Part shown: positions 50,806-62,700 of the stretch, piece after piece
How positions within the stretch are numbered: the stretch's first letter is position 1
Layout: each line of letters begins with the position of its first letter
Assembly (NCBI RefSeq): GCF_013122565.1
Contig: NZ_CP053258.1
Length of the DNA stretch: 64,000 nucleotides
From: Escherichia coli
GTDB taxonomy: Bacteria; Pseudomonadota; Gammaproteobacteria; Enterobacterales; Enterobacteriaceae
Direction: 5' to 3' (one strand)
Made by a program: the position numbers and the translations under genes
Notes under the pieces: generated by a model
The model's input: only the letters and a program-made list of their open reading frames with translations
What the model was told of the DNA's origin: nothing
The model's database searches: none

Positions 50806-52123
50806 TCGCATCGTATCGTTTTTTATATTATGTCTGGTGTTATGCATACCCCTATGCGTAGCGTACTTTCACTCTGGTGAACTGATGATGAGGTTCGTTT
50901 TCTTCTGGCCGTTTTTTATGTCCATTATGTGGATTGTTGGCGGCGTCTATTTCTGGGTCTATCGTGAACGCCACTGGCCGTGGGGAGAAAACGCACCAGC
51001 TCCCCTGTTGAAAGATAATCCGTCTATCTCCATTATCATTCCCTGTTTTAATGAGGAGAAAAACGTTGAGGAAACCATACACGCCGCTTTAGCACAGCGT
51101 TATGAGAACATTGAAGTTATTGCCGTAAATGACGGTTCAACAGATAAAACCCGTGCCATCCTGGATCGCATGGCTGCACAAATTCCCCATTTGCGGGTCA
51201 TTCATCTGGCGCAAAACCAGGGGAAAGCCATTGCGCTTAAAACCGGAGCTGCCGCGGCGAAAAGTGAATATCTGGTGTGCATTGATGGCGACGCGTTATT
51301 AGACCGCGATGCGGCGGCATATATTGTGGAACCGATGTTGTACAACCCGCGTGTGGGTGCCGTAACCGGTAATCCTCGTATTCGCACACGTTCTACCCTG
51401 GTGGGTAAAATTCAGGTTGGCGAGTATTCCTCAATTATTGGTTTGATCAAGCGAACCCAGCGTATCTATGGAAACGTATTTACCGTTTCCGGTGTTATTG
51501 CCGCATTTCGTCGCAGCGCCCTGGCAGAGGTGGGTTACTGGAGTGACGATATGATCACCGAAGATATTGATATTAGCTGGAAGCTGCAGTTGAATCAGTG
51601 GACGATTTTTTACGAGCCTCGGGCGCTGTGCTGGATATTAATGCCTGAAACGTTAAAAGGGCTGTGGAAACAGCGCCTGCGCTGGGCTCAGGGCGGTGCA
51701 GAAGTATTCCTCAAAAATATGACAAGGCTATGGCGCAAAGAAAACTTTCGAATGTGGCCACTGTTTTTTGAATACTGCCTGACAACAATATGGGCCTTCA
51801 CCTGCCTGGTCGGTTTCATTATTTACGCAGTCCAACTTGCCGGTGTACCGTTAAATATTGAATTGACACATATCGCTGCGACACATACTGCCGGAATATT
51901 ATTGTGTACGTTATGTTTACTGCAATTTATTGTCAGCCTGATGATCGAGAATCGCTATGAGCATAATCTGACTTCATCGCTTTTCTGGATTATTTGGTTC
52001 CCGGTTATTTTCTGGATGCTGAGCCTGGCAACGACATTGGTATCATTTACACGAGTCATGTTGATGCCTAAAAAGCAACGCGCCCGTTGGGTAAGTCCTG
52101 ATCGCGGGATTCTGAGAGGTTAA
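50798..52123 (+). CDS. pgaC: PNAG synthase PgaC (GT2 family).
   Basis: 441 aa. GT2 motifs VNDGSTD and CIDGDA, plus QRLRWAQG (QxxRW). Confidence 0.9.
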
Positions 52124-52124
52124 T

Positions 52125-52538
52125 ATGAACAATTTAATTATTACGACCCGACAATCGCCAGTACGTTTACTGGTTGATTATGTTGCCACAACCATCTTGT
52201 GGACATTATTTGCTTTGTTCATATTCTTATTCGCCATGGATCTGCTGACGGGTTATTACTGGCAAAGCGAGGCCCGAAGCCGACTTCAGTTCTATTTTTT
52301 GCTGGCAGTGGCGAATGCCGTCGTGTTAATTGTCTGGGCGCTGTACAATAAGCTGCGTTTTCAAAAACAGCAGCATCATGCAGCCTACCAATATACGCCG
52401 CAAGAATATGCAGAGAGCTTAGCAATACCTGATGAGCTCTATCAGCAACTACAAAAAAGCCACAGGATGAGCGTACACTTCACCAGCCAGGGGCAAATAA
52501 AAATGGTGGTTTCAGAAAAAGCGCTAGTCCGGGCATAA
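52125..52538 (+). CDS. pgaD: PNAG synthase subunit PgaD.
   Basis: 137 aa with two TMs, directly after pgaC. Confidence 0.85.
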
Positions 52539-52540
52539 AC

Positions 52541-52570
52541 ACCCAAAACAAAGCCCGGTTCGCCCGGGCT
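52541..52570 (-). terminator. Rho-independent terminator for phoH.
   Basis: AGCCCGG-ttcgc-CCGGGCT at 52552-52570. On the minus strand it is followed by ttgtttt. Confidence 0.6.
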
Positions 52571-52587
52571 CTGCACCGATAATACAC

Positions 52588-53652
52588 TTAACTGTATGCA
52601 TGTAGCGTACGTTGGCAAAGTGCCGAACGTACGCAATCCTCTTTACCGAATCGGACGATCCCGACCATTTCATCTTCTTCGAAACGTTCCAGTGCGTCAC
52701 TTAATCCGGAGCGCACGCCGCGAGGTAAATCGCATTGCGTGATATCACCGTTAACGATAACCGTCACGTTCTCCCCGAGGCGGGTTAAAAACATTTTCAT
52801 TTGCGCGGCAGTCACATTCTGCGCCTCGTCAAGAATGACAACTGCATTTTCAAAGGTACGTCCACGCATATAGGCGAACGGCGCAATTTCCACCTTCCCT
52901 ATTTCCGGTCGCAGGCAGTACTGCATAAAGGAAGCCCCTAAGCGCCGGACCAGCACGTCGTATACCGGGCGAAAATAGGGAGCAAACTTTTCTGCGATAT
53001 CTCCAGGTAAGAAGCCAAGATCTTCATCGGCTTGCAGAACTGGACGGGTGACGATAATCCTGTCGACATCCTTATGTATCAGGGCCTCTGCCGCTTTTGC
53101 TGCGCTGATCCAGGTTTTTCCGCACCCGGCTTCGCCCGTAGCGAATATCAGCTGCTTACTCTCAATAGCCTTCAGATAGTGCAATTGCGCTTCATTTCGC
53201 GCGAGGATGGGCGAAGTATCGCGACTGTCGCGGGCCATACCAATGGCTTCTACGCCGCTCATCTGCACAAGCGAGGTGACCGATTCTTCTTCACGCTGCT
53301 TATGGCTGCGCGAATCCCGTCTCAGCACACGTTTTGCCTCGCGACGAGCTTTGATCACTGCTTTTTGTCTTCCCATGGAGAGCACCTTGAGTTGTTTGTA
53401 TTCATCACACGCGCCGTTGGCAGCGCGATTATGCGCACGAACATCAGAGGGTTGGCTTCCTTGTAAGCCATAGTTTGCTTTTGGATAAAATGCCGAAAAA
53501 CGGCTACGCGCACCGTTTACGGCGTCGGTAACACATGAAAAGAAAGGATGAGGTTGAAAATGCAAAGTGACGAGATGACTACCGGAGGAGAAAACTCCGC
53601 GAGTGGTGGCGCGTTGATTATCTAAAACATGTCCAGTACAGGACGTTACCAT
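52588..53652 (-). CDS. phoH: Phosphate-starvation-inducible ATPase PhoH.
   Basis: 354 aa, with Walker A GEAGCGKT and the PhoH-family block VILDEAQN. Confidence 0.9.
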   Translation of the reverse strand: MVTSCTGHVLDNQRATTRGVFSSGSHLVTLHFQPHPFFSCVTDAVNGARSRFSAFYPKANYGLQGSQPSDVRAHNRAANGACDEYKQLKVLSMGRQKAVIKARREAKRVLRRDSRSHKQREEESVTSLVQMSGVEAIGMARDSRDTSPILARNEAQLHYLKAIESKQLIFATGEAGCGKTWISAAKAAEALIHKDVDRIIVTRPVLQADEDLGFLPGDIAEKFAPYFRPVYDVLVRRLGASFMQYCLRPEIGKVEIAPFAYMRGRTFENAVVILDEAQNVTAAQMKMFLTRLGENVTVIVNGDITQCDLPRGVRSGLSDALERFEEDEMVGIVRFGKEDCVRSALCQRTLHAYS

Positions 53653-53800
53653 CCGCGATCTCCATAGTGACTGACTATCACTGCCGGGAACTTCCGCTGC
53701 TACTTAATAAGTACAACAGATCTCGCATTCATTGCAACAATATATTCACTTATATTTAACTATAAAACACCATTTTAGTGACATTAGTTTCTACTGGAAA

Positions 53801-53819
53801 GATGACAGAGTGATGACAG
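53801..53819 (-). promoter_or_regulatory. Pho box (PhoB binding site) upstream of phoH.
   Basis: The minus strand reads CTGTCATCACTCTGTCATC. This is two CTGTCAT repeats spaced 4 nt apart, matching the consensus CTGTCATAWAWCTGTCAY. Confidence 0.75.
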
Positions 53820-53876
53820 AGATGAAAAAAGCTGTGTGCTTTCAGCAGGATTCACATCAGGCATCAGTGCACGATC

Positions 53877-53963
53877 GCCGGATGCGGCGTGAACGCCTGA
53901 TCCAGCCTACCGACCCCGCACCGATTGTGGGCATGATAAGCAGCGCAAGCGCCACATCAGGCA
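53877..53963. repeat. REP/BIME element (two inverted REP units).
   Basis: gccggatgcggcgtgaacgcctgatccagcctac at 53877-53910 and the inverted gataagcagcgcaagcgccacatcaggca at 53935-53963 both resemble the E. coli REP consensus. Confidence 0.7.
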
Positions 53964-53996
53964 TCTGCGCACAAATGCCTTATCCGCCTAAAAACA

Positions 53997-55268
53997 TTAA
54001 ACCCGCAATAACGCGCTTCCGAGATAATCATTCGCGTCCTTCACTCCCGGCAGCGCAAAAAAATAGCCGCCGCCGATAGGTTTAACGTATTCCTCCAGCG
54101 CTTCGCCATTGAGCCTTTTTTGTACTGTCAGGAAGCCTTTTTCCAGATCGTGCTGGTAGCAGACAAACAGCAACCCCATATCCAGTTGTCCGGAGTTGGT
54201 GACGCCCAGTGAATAACTGTAGCCACGACGCAGCATCAGGCTGGACTCACTCTCCGCCGTGCGGGGATTCGCCAGCCGGATATGGCTGTCCAACGCAATC
54301 ACCTTCCCTTCCGGGTCGCTGGCGTAATCAGGCACATCATGCTCATGCTGCATTCCCAGCGGCGCACCGGTTTGCTTATCACGGCCAAAAATCGTCTGCT
54401 GTTCTTTCAGCGGCGTTCTGTCCCAAAATTCCACTCGAAACTGAATCAAGCGTACTGCCTGATAGCTGCCACCGATTGTCCACGCAGGCTCCTGCTGATC
54501 TGCCGTTACCCACACCACTTTTTGCATCAACTTATCATTCTGGCTATCGGGATTGGCAGTGCCGTCTTTGAAACCCAGCAAATTAATCGGCGTCTCTTTG
54601 CCTTTACTACGCGCCGCGTGATCGGAAATAAACCCTTCCCGCTTCCAGCGCACACTGAGCAAATCCGGCGTGTGTTTGATGATATCGCGCAGCGCATGGA
54701 TAACCGTGTCCTGGGTGTTGGCGCAAATCTGTAGCAACACATCACCATGACATAACGCCGCATCCAGCGAGTCGTTGGGGAAACGCGTCATCTTCTGCAG
54801 CTTTTTTGGCATCTGTGGCGCAAGGCCAAAGCGCTCATCAAACAATGAGTGACCCACCGATAACGTGATGGTGAGATTATCGGGCGCAATGTAGCCGCCA
54901 AGAATGCCGGAATCGAGTGGTGGCAGGCGCGGATTTGGCGTTTCTGGTGCTGCTCCGCCCTGAGTCAGAAAAGCAAAACGCTGAGTCAACAAGCGAAACA
55001 ACCGCTCAAGATCGGCTTTATCGCTGGCAAGCACATCAAACGCCACCAGCATCATTGCGGCCTGTTGTGGCGTCAGGATCCCTGCCTGATGCTCACCATA
55101 AAACGGCTGTTTCTCATTGCGAGCATCCGGTGAAAGCGTACCCGGCGCACTTTGCGTTTTTTGTGCATGAGCGACCGGACAACTTCCCGCCAGCGCCAGT
55201 GCACCTATCACTTTCAGTAAACGTCGGCGTGACGGTTCATTCACGCCGTTTTCATCTTTATACTGCAT
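53997..55268 (-). CDS. efeB: Dye-decolorising/haem peroxidase EfeB (Tat-secreted).
   Basis: 423 aa with the twin-arginine signal [17 protein letters not shown] and a DyP-type C-terminus. Confidence 0.9.
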   Translation of the reverse strand: MQYKDENGVNEPSRRRLLKVIGALALAGSCPVAHAQKTQSAPGTLSPDARNEKQPFYGEHQAGILTPQQAAMMLVAFDVLASDKADLERLFRLLTQRFAFLTQGGAAPETPNPRLPPLDSGILGGYIAPDNLTITLSVGHSLFDERFGLAPQMPKKLQKMTRFPNDSLDAALCHGDVLLQICANTQDTVIHALRDIIKHTPDLLSVRWKREGFISDHAARSKGKETPINLLGFKDGTANPDSQNDKLMQKVVWVTADQQEPAWTIGGSYQAVRLIQFRVEFWDRTPLKEQQTIFGRDKQTGAPLGMQHEHDVPDYASDPEGKVIALDSHIRLANPRTAESESSLMLRRGYSYSLGVTNSGQLDMGLLFVCYQHDLEKGFLTVQKRLNGEALEEYVKPIGGGYFFALPGVKDANDYLGSALLRV

Positions 55269-55273
55269 AACGC

Positions 55274-56401
55274 TTAATCCAGTCCCAGCACACCGCGAAG
55301 TTGCGCCAGATCTTCCGCCAGCGCAGTAATCGGTCCTTTCAGTGCATTCCGGTCGGCATCGGTCAATTTGTCGTAGGTTTCAAAACCGTCTTTAGTACGG
55401 TATTTCGCCAGAATGGTATCGACCTTTTTAAAGTTGGCATCGACTTTTGCCAGCAGTTCCGGGTTGGCTTTTTGCAGTTGTGGACGCAGCAAATCGACAA
55501 TTTTCTGCGAGCCTTCAACGTTAGCCTGGAAATCCCACAGATCGGTGTGGCTGTAGCGATCTTCTTCACCGCTAATTTTGCTGGCTGCCACTTCCTCAAT
55601 CAGTCCGGCTGCGCCGCCGACCACTTTTGAAGGTGGGAAAGCCAGTTCACTGATGCGTTTTTGCAAATCGACCACATCGGTATAAAGCTGCTCAGCGTAC
55701 TGATCCATCCCTTTGGTGGTGTTGTCGCCAAACAATGCTTTTTCCAGACGGTGGAAACCAGTGAATTTTGGGTCGGCGGCTTTTTGCTCGTAATCATCTT
55801 CACGGGCGTCAATGCTGCCATCCAGATCGGAGAACAGTTCAGCAATCGGTTCAATACGCTCATAGTGCTGGCGCGTCGGTGCATACAGTGCTTTCGCTTT
55901 TTCGATATCGCCTGCTTTAATCGCGTCGGTAAAGGCTTTGGTGTCGGTCACCAGCTGCGTGGTTTCCGCCATGACATACGCTTTATATGCAGTAATTGCA
56001 CCACCAAGACTTAACAGCGCATCACTTTGCGCCGCATCCGCCGTTGCCTCACCTTTGACGATCAACTTCCCTTTCGGGTTAGTCAGCAGACCGCAGGTCA
56101 TATCGTATTCGCCAGGCTGTAAATTCGCCGTCATTTTCTGGCTAAAGCCAGGGGCGATATTTTCCCGCTCTTCCACCACCATCACGCCTTTGAGGATCTC
56201 CCACTCCAGCGCCTTCTGGCTGTGGTTCTGAATAATGAACTGTGTTTTCCCGGCGTTAACCGTAATGGTCATCGGTTCGCACTGCTTATCCGTCACGGTC
56301 ACTTTGACCTGCGGCACATCAGCGGCGTTAGCCATAAAAGCAGAAGAAAACAGCGCAGCCACGCTCAACTGCAATGCGTTACGGCGGAAGTTAATGGTCA
56401 T
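55274..56401 (-). CDS. efeO: Periplasmic iron-uptake component EfeO.
   Basis: 375 aa with a signal peptide, a cupredoxin-like N-terminal domain and an imelysin-like C-terminal domain. It lies between efeU and efeB. Confidence 0.9.
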   Translation of the reverse strand: MTINFRRNALQLSVAALFSSAFMANAADVPQVKVTVTDKQCEPMTITVNAGKTQFIIQNHSQKALEWEILKGVMVVEERENIAPGFSQKMTANLQPGEYDMTCGLLTNPKGKLIVKGEATADAAQSDALLSLGGAITAYKAYVMAETTQLVTDTKAFTDAIKAGDIEKAKALYAPTRQHYERIEPIAELFSDLDGSIDAREDDYEQKAADPKFTGFHRLEKALFGDNTTKGMDQYAEQLYTDVVDLQKRISELAFPPSKVVGGAAGLIEEVAASKISGEEDRYSHTDLWDFQANVEGSQKIVDLLRPQLQKANPELLAKVDANFKKVDTILAKYRTKDGFETYDKLTDADRNALKGPITALAEDLAQLRGVLGLD

Positions 56402-56458
56402 GACGAGACTATCCCTTTAAAGTATGTTGTAACTAAGCAAGAGTTTGCGTCGTATTTG

Positions 56459-57289
56459 TTACGCGGAGCGAGACGCTGTCGCCCCTGCGCGTGGTGGCAG
56501 AGCAAATGCCACCAGCGCCGGGATGAGATAAATAAACCAGACGGCGACTTCGCTGACGCTCGGCGCTTCCTGATAGCCAAAAATCCCTTCCATCAGCGTG
56601 CCAAACAGCGAGTGAGTTGAGAGCACCGCACTCATATCGAAGGCGATTTCCTGAAAGTGGTTCCACAATCCGGCTTCATGAAATGCGCGAATGGCACCAG
56701 CTGCCAGCCCTGCGGCGACGAAGAGAATAAACAGGCTGGTCCATTTAAAAAATGCACCAAGATTGAGGCGAATACCGCCCCAGTAGAGCAGGAAGCCTAG
56801 CACCACGGCAGTAGCAAGACCGAGCATTGCACCCAGCGGCGGCCAGATCCCGACATCTTGTTGAAATGCCGCCAGCAGGAAAAAGACCGACTCCAGCCCT
56901 TCCCTTGCAACGGCAAAAAAGACCATCATCACCAGCGCCCAGCCATGATGATTTCCACGCTGCAATGCGCTATCGACTGCCTGTTCCAGTTGCACTTTGA
57001 CGTTGCGCGACACTTTGCGCATCCAGAAAACCATCCAGGTAAGGATCACCACGGCGATCACCGCCACGATACCTTCAAACAGTTCCTGTTCTTTTTGCGG
57101 AAATTCGCCGGTGGTTTCGTTAATGAAGATACCCAAGCCCAGGCACAACGCAGCGGCAAGCAACACGCCAATCCACATCACACCAATCCATCGGCCTCGC
57201 TGGGTACGCTTAAGATAGCTGGCAATCAAACTGACAATCAGCGCGGCTTCAAGTCCTTCGCGCAACATAATGAGAAACGGAACAAACAT
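56459..57289 (-). CDS. efeU: Ferrous iron permease EfeU (FTR1 family), intact.
   Basis: 276 aa from ATG 57289, with two REGLE motifs (LREGLEAAL, AREGLESVF) and no frame disruption. Confidence 0.9.
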   Translation of the reverse strand: MFVPFLIMLREGLEAALIVSLIASYLKRTQRGRWIGVMWIGVLLAAALCLGLGIFINETTGEFPQKEQELFEGIVAVIAVVILTWMVFWMRKVSRNVKVQLEQAVDSALQRGNHHGWALVMMVFFAVAREGLESVFFLLAAFQQDVGIWPPLGAMLGLATAVVLGFLLYWGGIRLNLGAFFKWTSLFILFVAAGLAAGAIRAFHEAGLWNHFQEIAFDMSAVLSTHSLFGTLMEGIFGYQEAPSVSEVAVWFIYLIPALVAFALPPRAGATASRSA

Positions 57290-57348
57290 GCCACCCACCC
57301 TTAAACGTTTTTCTGAGTCAATCTATGCAAAGAAAAGTAAATCGCAGT

Positions 57349-57366
57349 GATAGCGATTATCATTAC
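57349..57366 (-). promoter_or_regulatory. Fur box upstream of efeU.
   Basis: The minus strand reads GTAATGATAATCGCTATC, against the consensus GATAATGATAATCATTATC. It lies about 60-80 nt upstream of the efeU start. Confidence 0.65.
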
Positions 57367-57498
57367 GGCAAAGAAAAACACAAGCGGAATGTTTATAAAA
57401 TGATGTTGGAATGTAAACAAAGAGAGGTAATGCCAGGGGATATAAACGATTATTCCAGGGTAGAAAGATGGGATTGTTTGCAAAGAACCATGTGTTCT

Positions 57499-57533
57499 TG
57501 CCGGATGCCGCGTAAACGCCATATCCAGCCGAC
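57499..57533. repeat. REP element.
   Basis: tgccggatgccgcgtaaacgccatatccagccgac resembles the REP consensus. Confidence 0.65.
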
Positions 57534-57831
57534 AAAACTGTCCAGACTCAATGCATCAGAGCTTCCATGTAAAACTGATAAGCGGGTGTATCAAGCAATT
57601 TCGTCCATCCGCGATTATCAAATCTAACTTTTTGCCCGGAACATAATAACAGCTCGGGTGTTGGTGGCGTCAAAATCGCTGAAGCGTTCCCCGAAGGCCG
57701 GGACAGCAGGGGGCGGCGGCGATTGGCCGCCCCCTGCGCGCTCCCTGCACCATTCAATTTATATGGCGAGGCACATTAAGGGAGCGCAACCCGCTGCTGA
57801 AGCCAAACAAAACCGCCGCAGGCTAAGTCCC

Positions 57832-59340
<1,509 letters not shown>

Positions 59341-59528
59341 CTAAAGTCTCCAAAAAATTATTATCGGCAATGTCGAAACTTGCCGTTATATCTGCCACCG
59401 GAACGGGGTAACAGAGTTTATGTTTTACCAGGGCGACCGTATCCTGCCGGAAGCGCTGGTTATTCACAATCGATTTAACACACCATTTACATTAAATTTT
59501 AGTGCTCAGCGACACTATTTTTCATCAG

Positions 59529-59736
59529 GTTGCACTCTCTCACATTTTTTGCGGTTGCACCTTTCAAAAATGTTAACTGTCGCAGAGAAAAAGTCTGAGT
59601 TATTTTTTTAATCCCTGTCATATCGATTTCTTTTATTAACATTTCATTCATTTTTAAGCTTGCTACGCAAGTCACATTTAACATGGTTGCACAAAGTTGC
59701 AACATCGTGGATATTTCACGATAACGTTAAGTTGCA
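59529..59736 (+). promoter_or_regulatory. put control region with five GTTGCA PutA operator motifs.
   Basis: GTTGCA occurs at 59529-59534, 59554-59559, 59686-59691, 59696-59701 and 59731-59736, all on the plus strand. It is established that PutA binds five GTTGCA sites in the putP-putA intergenic region. Confidence 0.8.
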
Positions 59737-59762
59737 CCTTTCAGAACAACAGGAGTAATGGC

Positions 59763-62700
59763 ATGGGAACCACCACCATGGGGGTTAAGCTGGACGACGC
59801 GACGCGTGAGCGTATTAAGTCTGCCGCGACACGTATCGATCGCACGCCACACTGGTTAATTAAGCAGGCGATTTTTTCTTATCTCGAACAACTGGAAAAC
59901 AGCGATACTCTGCCGGAGCTACCTGCGCTGCTTTCTGGCGCTGCCAATGAGAGCGATGAAGCACCGACTCCGGCAGAGGAACCACACCAGCCATTCCTCG
60001 ACTTTGCCGAGCAAATTTTGCCCCAGTCGGTTTCCCGCGCCGCGATCACCGCGGCCTATCGCCGCCCGGAAACCGAAGCGGTTTCTATGCTGCTGGAACA
60101 AGCCCGCCTGCCGCAGCCAGTTGCTGAACAGGCGCACAAACTGGCGTATCAACTGGCCGATAAACTGCGTAATCAAAAAAATGCCAGTGGTCGTGCAGGA
60201 ATGGTCCAGGGGTTATTGCAGGAGTTTTCGCTGTCATCGCAGGAAGGCGTGGCGCTGATGTGTCTGGCAGAAGCGTTGTTGCGTATTCCCGACAAAGCCA
60301 CCCGCGACGCGTTAATTCGCGACAAAATCAGCAACGGTAACTGGCAGTCACACATTGGTCGTAGCCCGTCACTGTTTGTTAATGCCGCTACCTGGGGGCT
60401 GCTGTTTACTGGCAAACTGGTTTCCACCCATAACGAAGCCAGCCTCTCCCGCTCGCTGAACCGCATTATCGGTAAAAGCGGTGAACCGCTGATCCGCAAA
60501 GGTGTGGATATGGCGATGCGCCTGATGGGCGAGCAGTTCGTCACGGGCGAAACCATCGCGGAAGCGTTAGCCAATGCCCGCAAGCTGGAAGAGAAAGGTT
60601 TCCGTTACTCTTACGATATGCTGGGCGAAGCCGCGCTGACCGCCGCAGATGCACAGGCGTATATGGTTTCCTATCAGCAGGCGATTCACGCCATCGGTAA
60701 AGCGTCTAACGGTCGTGGCATCTATGAAGGTCCGGGCATTTCAATCAAGCTGTCGGCGCTGCATCCGCGTTACAGCCGCGCCCAGTATGACCGGGTAATG
60801 GAAGAGCTTTACCCACGTCTGAAATCACTCACCCTGCTGGCGCGTCAGTACGATATTGGTATTAACATCGATGCCGAAGAGGCCGATCGTCTGGAGATCT
60901 CCCTCGATCTGCTGGAAAAACTCTGTTTCGAGCCGGAACTGGCAGGCTGGAACGGCATCGGTTTTGTTATTCAGGCTTATCAAAAACGCTGCCCGTTGGT
61001 GATTGATTACCTGATTGATCTCGCCACCCGCAGCCGTCGCCGTCTGATGATTCGTCTGGTGAAAGGCGCGTACTGGGATAGTGAAATCAAGCGTGCGCAG
61101 ATGGACGGCCTTGAAGGTTATCCGGTTTATACTCGCAAGGTGTATACCGACGTTTCTTATCTTGCCTGTGCGAAAAAGCTGCTAGCGGTGCCAAATCTAA
61201 TCTACCCGCAGTTCGCGACGCACAACGCCCATACGCTGGCGGCAATTTATCAACTGGCAGGTCAGAACTACTATCCGGGTCAGTACGAGTTCCAGTGCCT
61301 GCATGGTATGGGCGAGCCACTGTATGAGCAGGTCACCGGGAAAGTTGCCGACGGCAAACTTAACCGTCCGTGTCGTATTTATGCTCCGGTCGGTACACAT
61401 GAAACGCTGCTGGCGTATCTGGTGCGTCGCCTGCTGGAAAACGGTGCTAACACCTCGTTTGTTAACCGTATTGCCGACACCTCTTTGCCACTGGATGAAC
61501 TGGTCGCCGATCCGGTCACTGCTGTAGAAACACTGGCGCAACAGGAAGGGCAAACTGGATTACCGCATCCGAAAATTCCCCTGCCGCGCGATCTTTACGG
61601 TCACGGGCGCGACAACTCGGCAGGGCTGGATCTCGCTAACGAACACCGTCTGGCCTCGCTCTCTTCTGCCCTGCTCAATAGTGCACTGCAAAAATGGCAG
61701 GCCTTGCCCATGCTGGAACAACCGGTAGCGGCTGGTGAGATGTCGCCCGTTATTAACCCTGCGGAACCGAAAGATATTGTGGGCTATGTGCGTGAAGCCA
61801 CGCCGCGTGAAGTAGAACAGGCGCTGGAAAGTGCGGTTAATAACGCGCCAATCTGGTTTGCCACTCCTCCGGCTGAACGCGCGGCAATTTTACATCGCGC
61901 TGCCGTGCTAATGGAAAGCCAGATGCAGCAACTGATTGGTATTCTGGTGCGTGAAGCCGGAAAAACCTTCAGTAACGCCATTGCCGAAGTGCGCGAAGCG
62001 GTCGATTTTCTCCACTACTACGCCGGACAGGTGCGGGATGATTTCGCTAACGAAACCCACCGTCCATTAGGGCCTGTGGTGTGTATCAGTCCGTGGAACT
62101 TCCCGCTGGCTATTTTTACCGGGCAGATCGCTGCCGCACTGGCGGCAGGTAACAGCGTGCTGGCAAAACCGGCAGAACAAACGCCGCTGATTGCCGCGCA
62201 AGGGATCGCCATTTTGCTGGAGGCGGGTGTACCGCCAGGCGTGGTGCAATTGCTGCCAGGTCGGGGTGAAACCGTGGGCGCGCAACTGACGGGTGATGAT
62301 CGCGTGCGCGGGGTGATGTTTACCGGTTCAACCGAAGTCGCTACGTTACTGCAACGCAATATCGCCAGCCGCCTGGACGCTCAGGGTCGCCCTATTCCGC
62401 TCATCGCTGAAACCGGCGGCATGAACGCGATGATTGTCGATTCTTCAGCACTGACCGAACAAGTCGTAATAGATGTGCTGGCCTCGGCGTTCGACAGTGC
62501 GGGTCAGCGTTGTTCGGCGCTGCGCGTGCTGTGCCTGCAAGATGAGATTGCCGACCACACGTTGAAAATGCTACGCGGCGCAATGGCCGAATGCCGGATG
62601 GGTAATCCGGGTCGCCTGACCACCGATATCGGTCCGGTGATTGATAGCGAAGCGAAAGCCAATATCGAGCGTCATATTCAGACCATGCGTAGCAAAGGCC

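Noticed and set aside
53732-54079. A 115-aa plus-strand ORF in the phoH-efeB gap.
   Set aside because: It spans the Pho box, the REP/BIME repeats and the antisense 3' end of efeB, so it is better explained by those elements.
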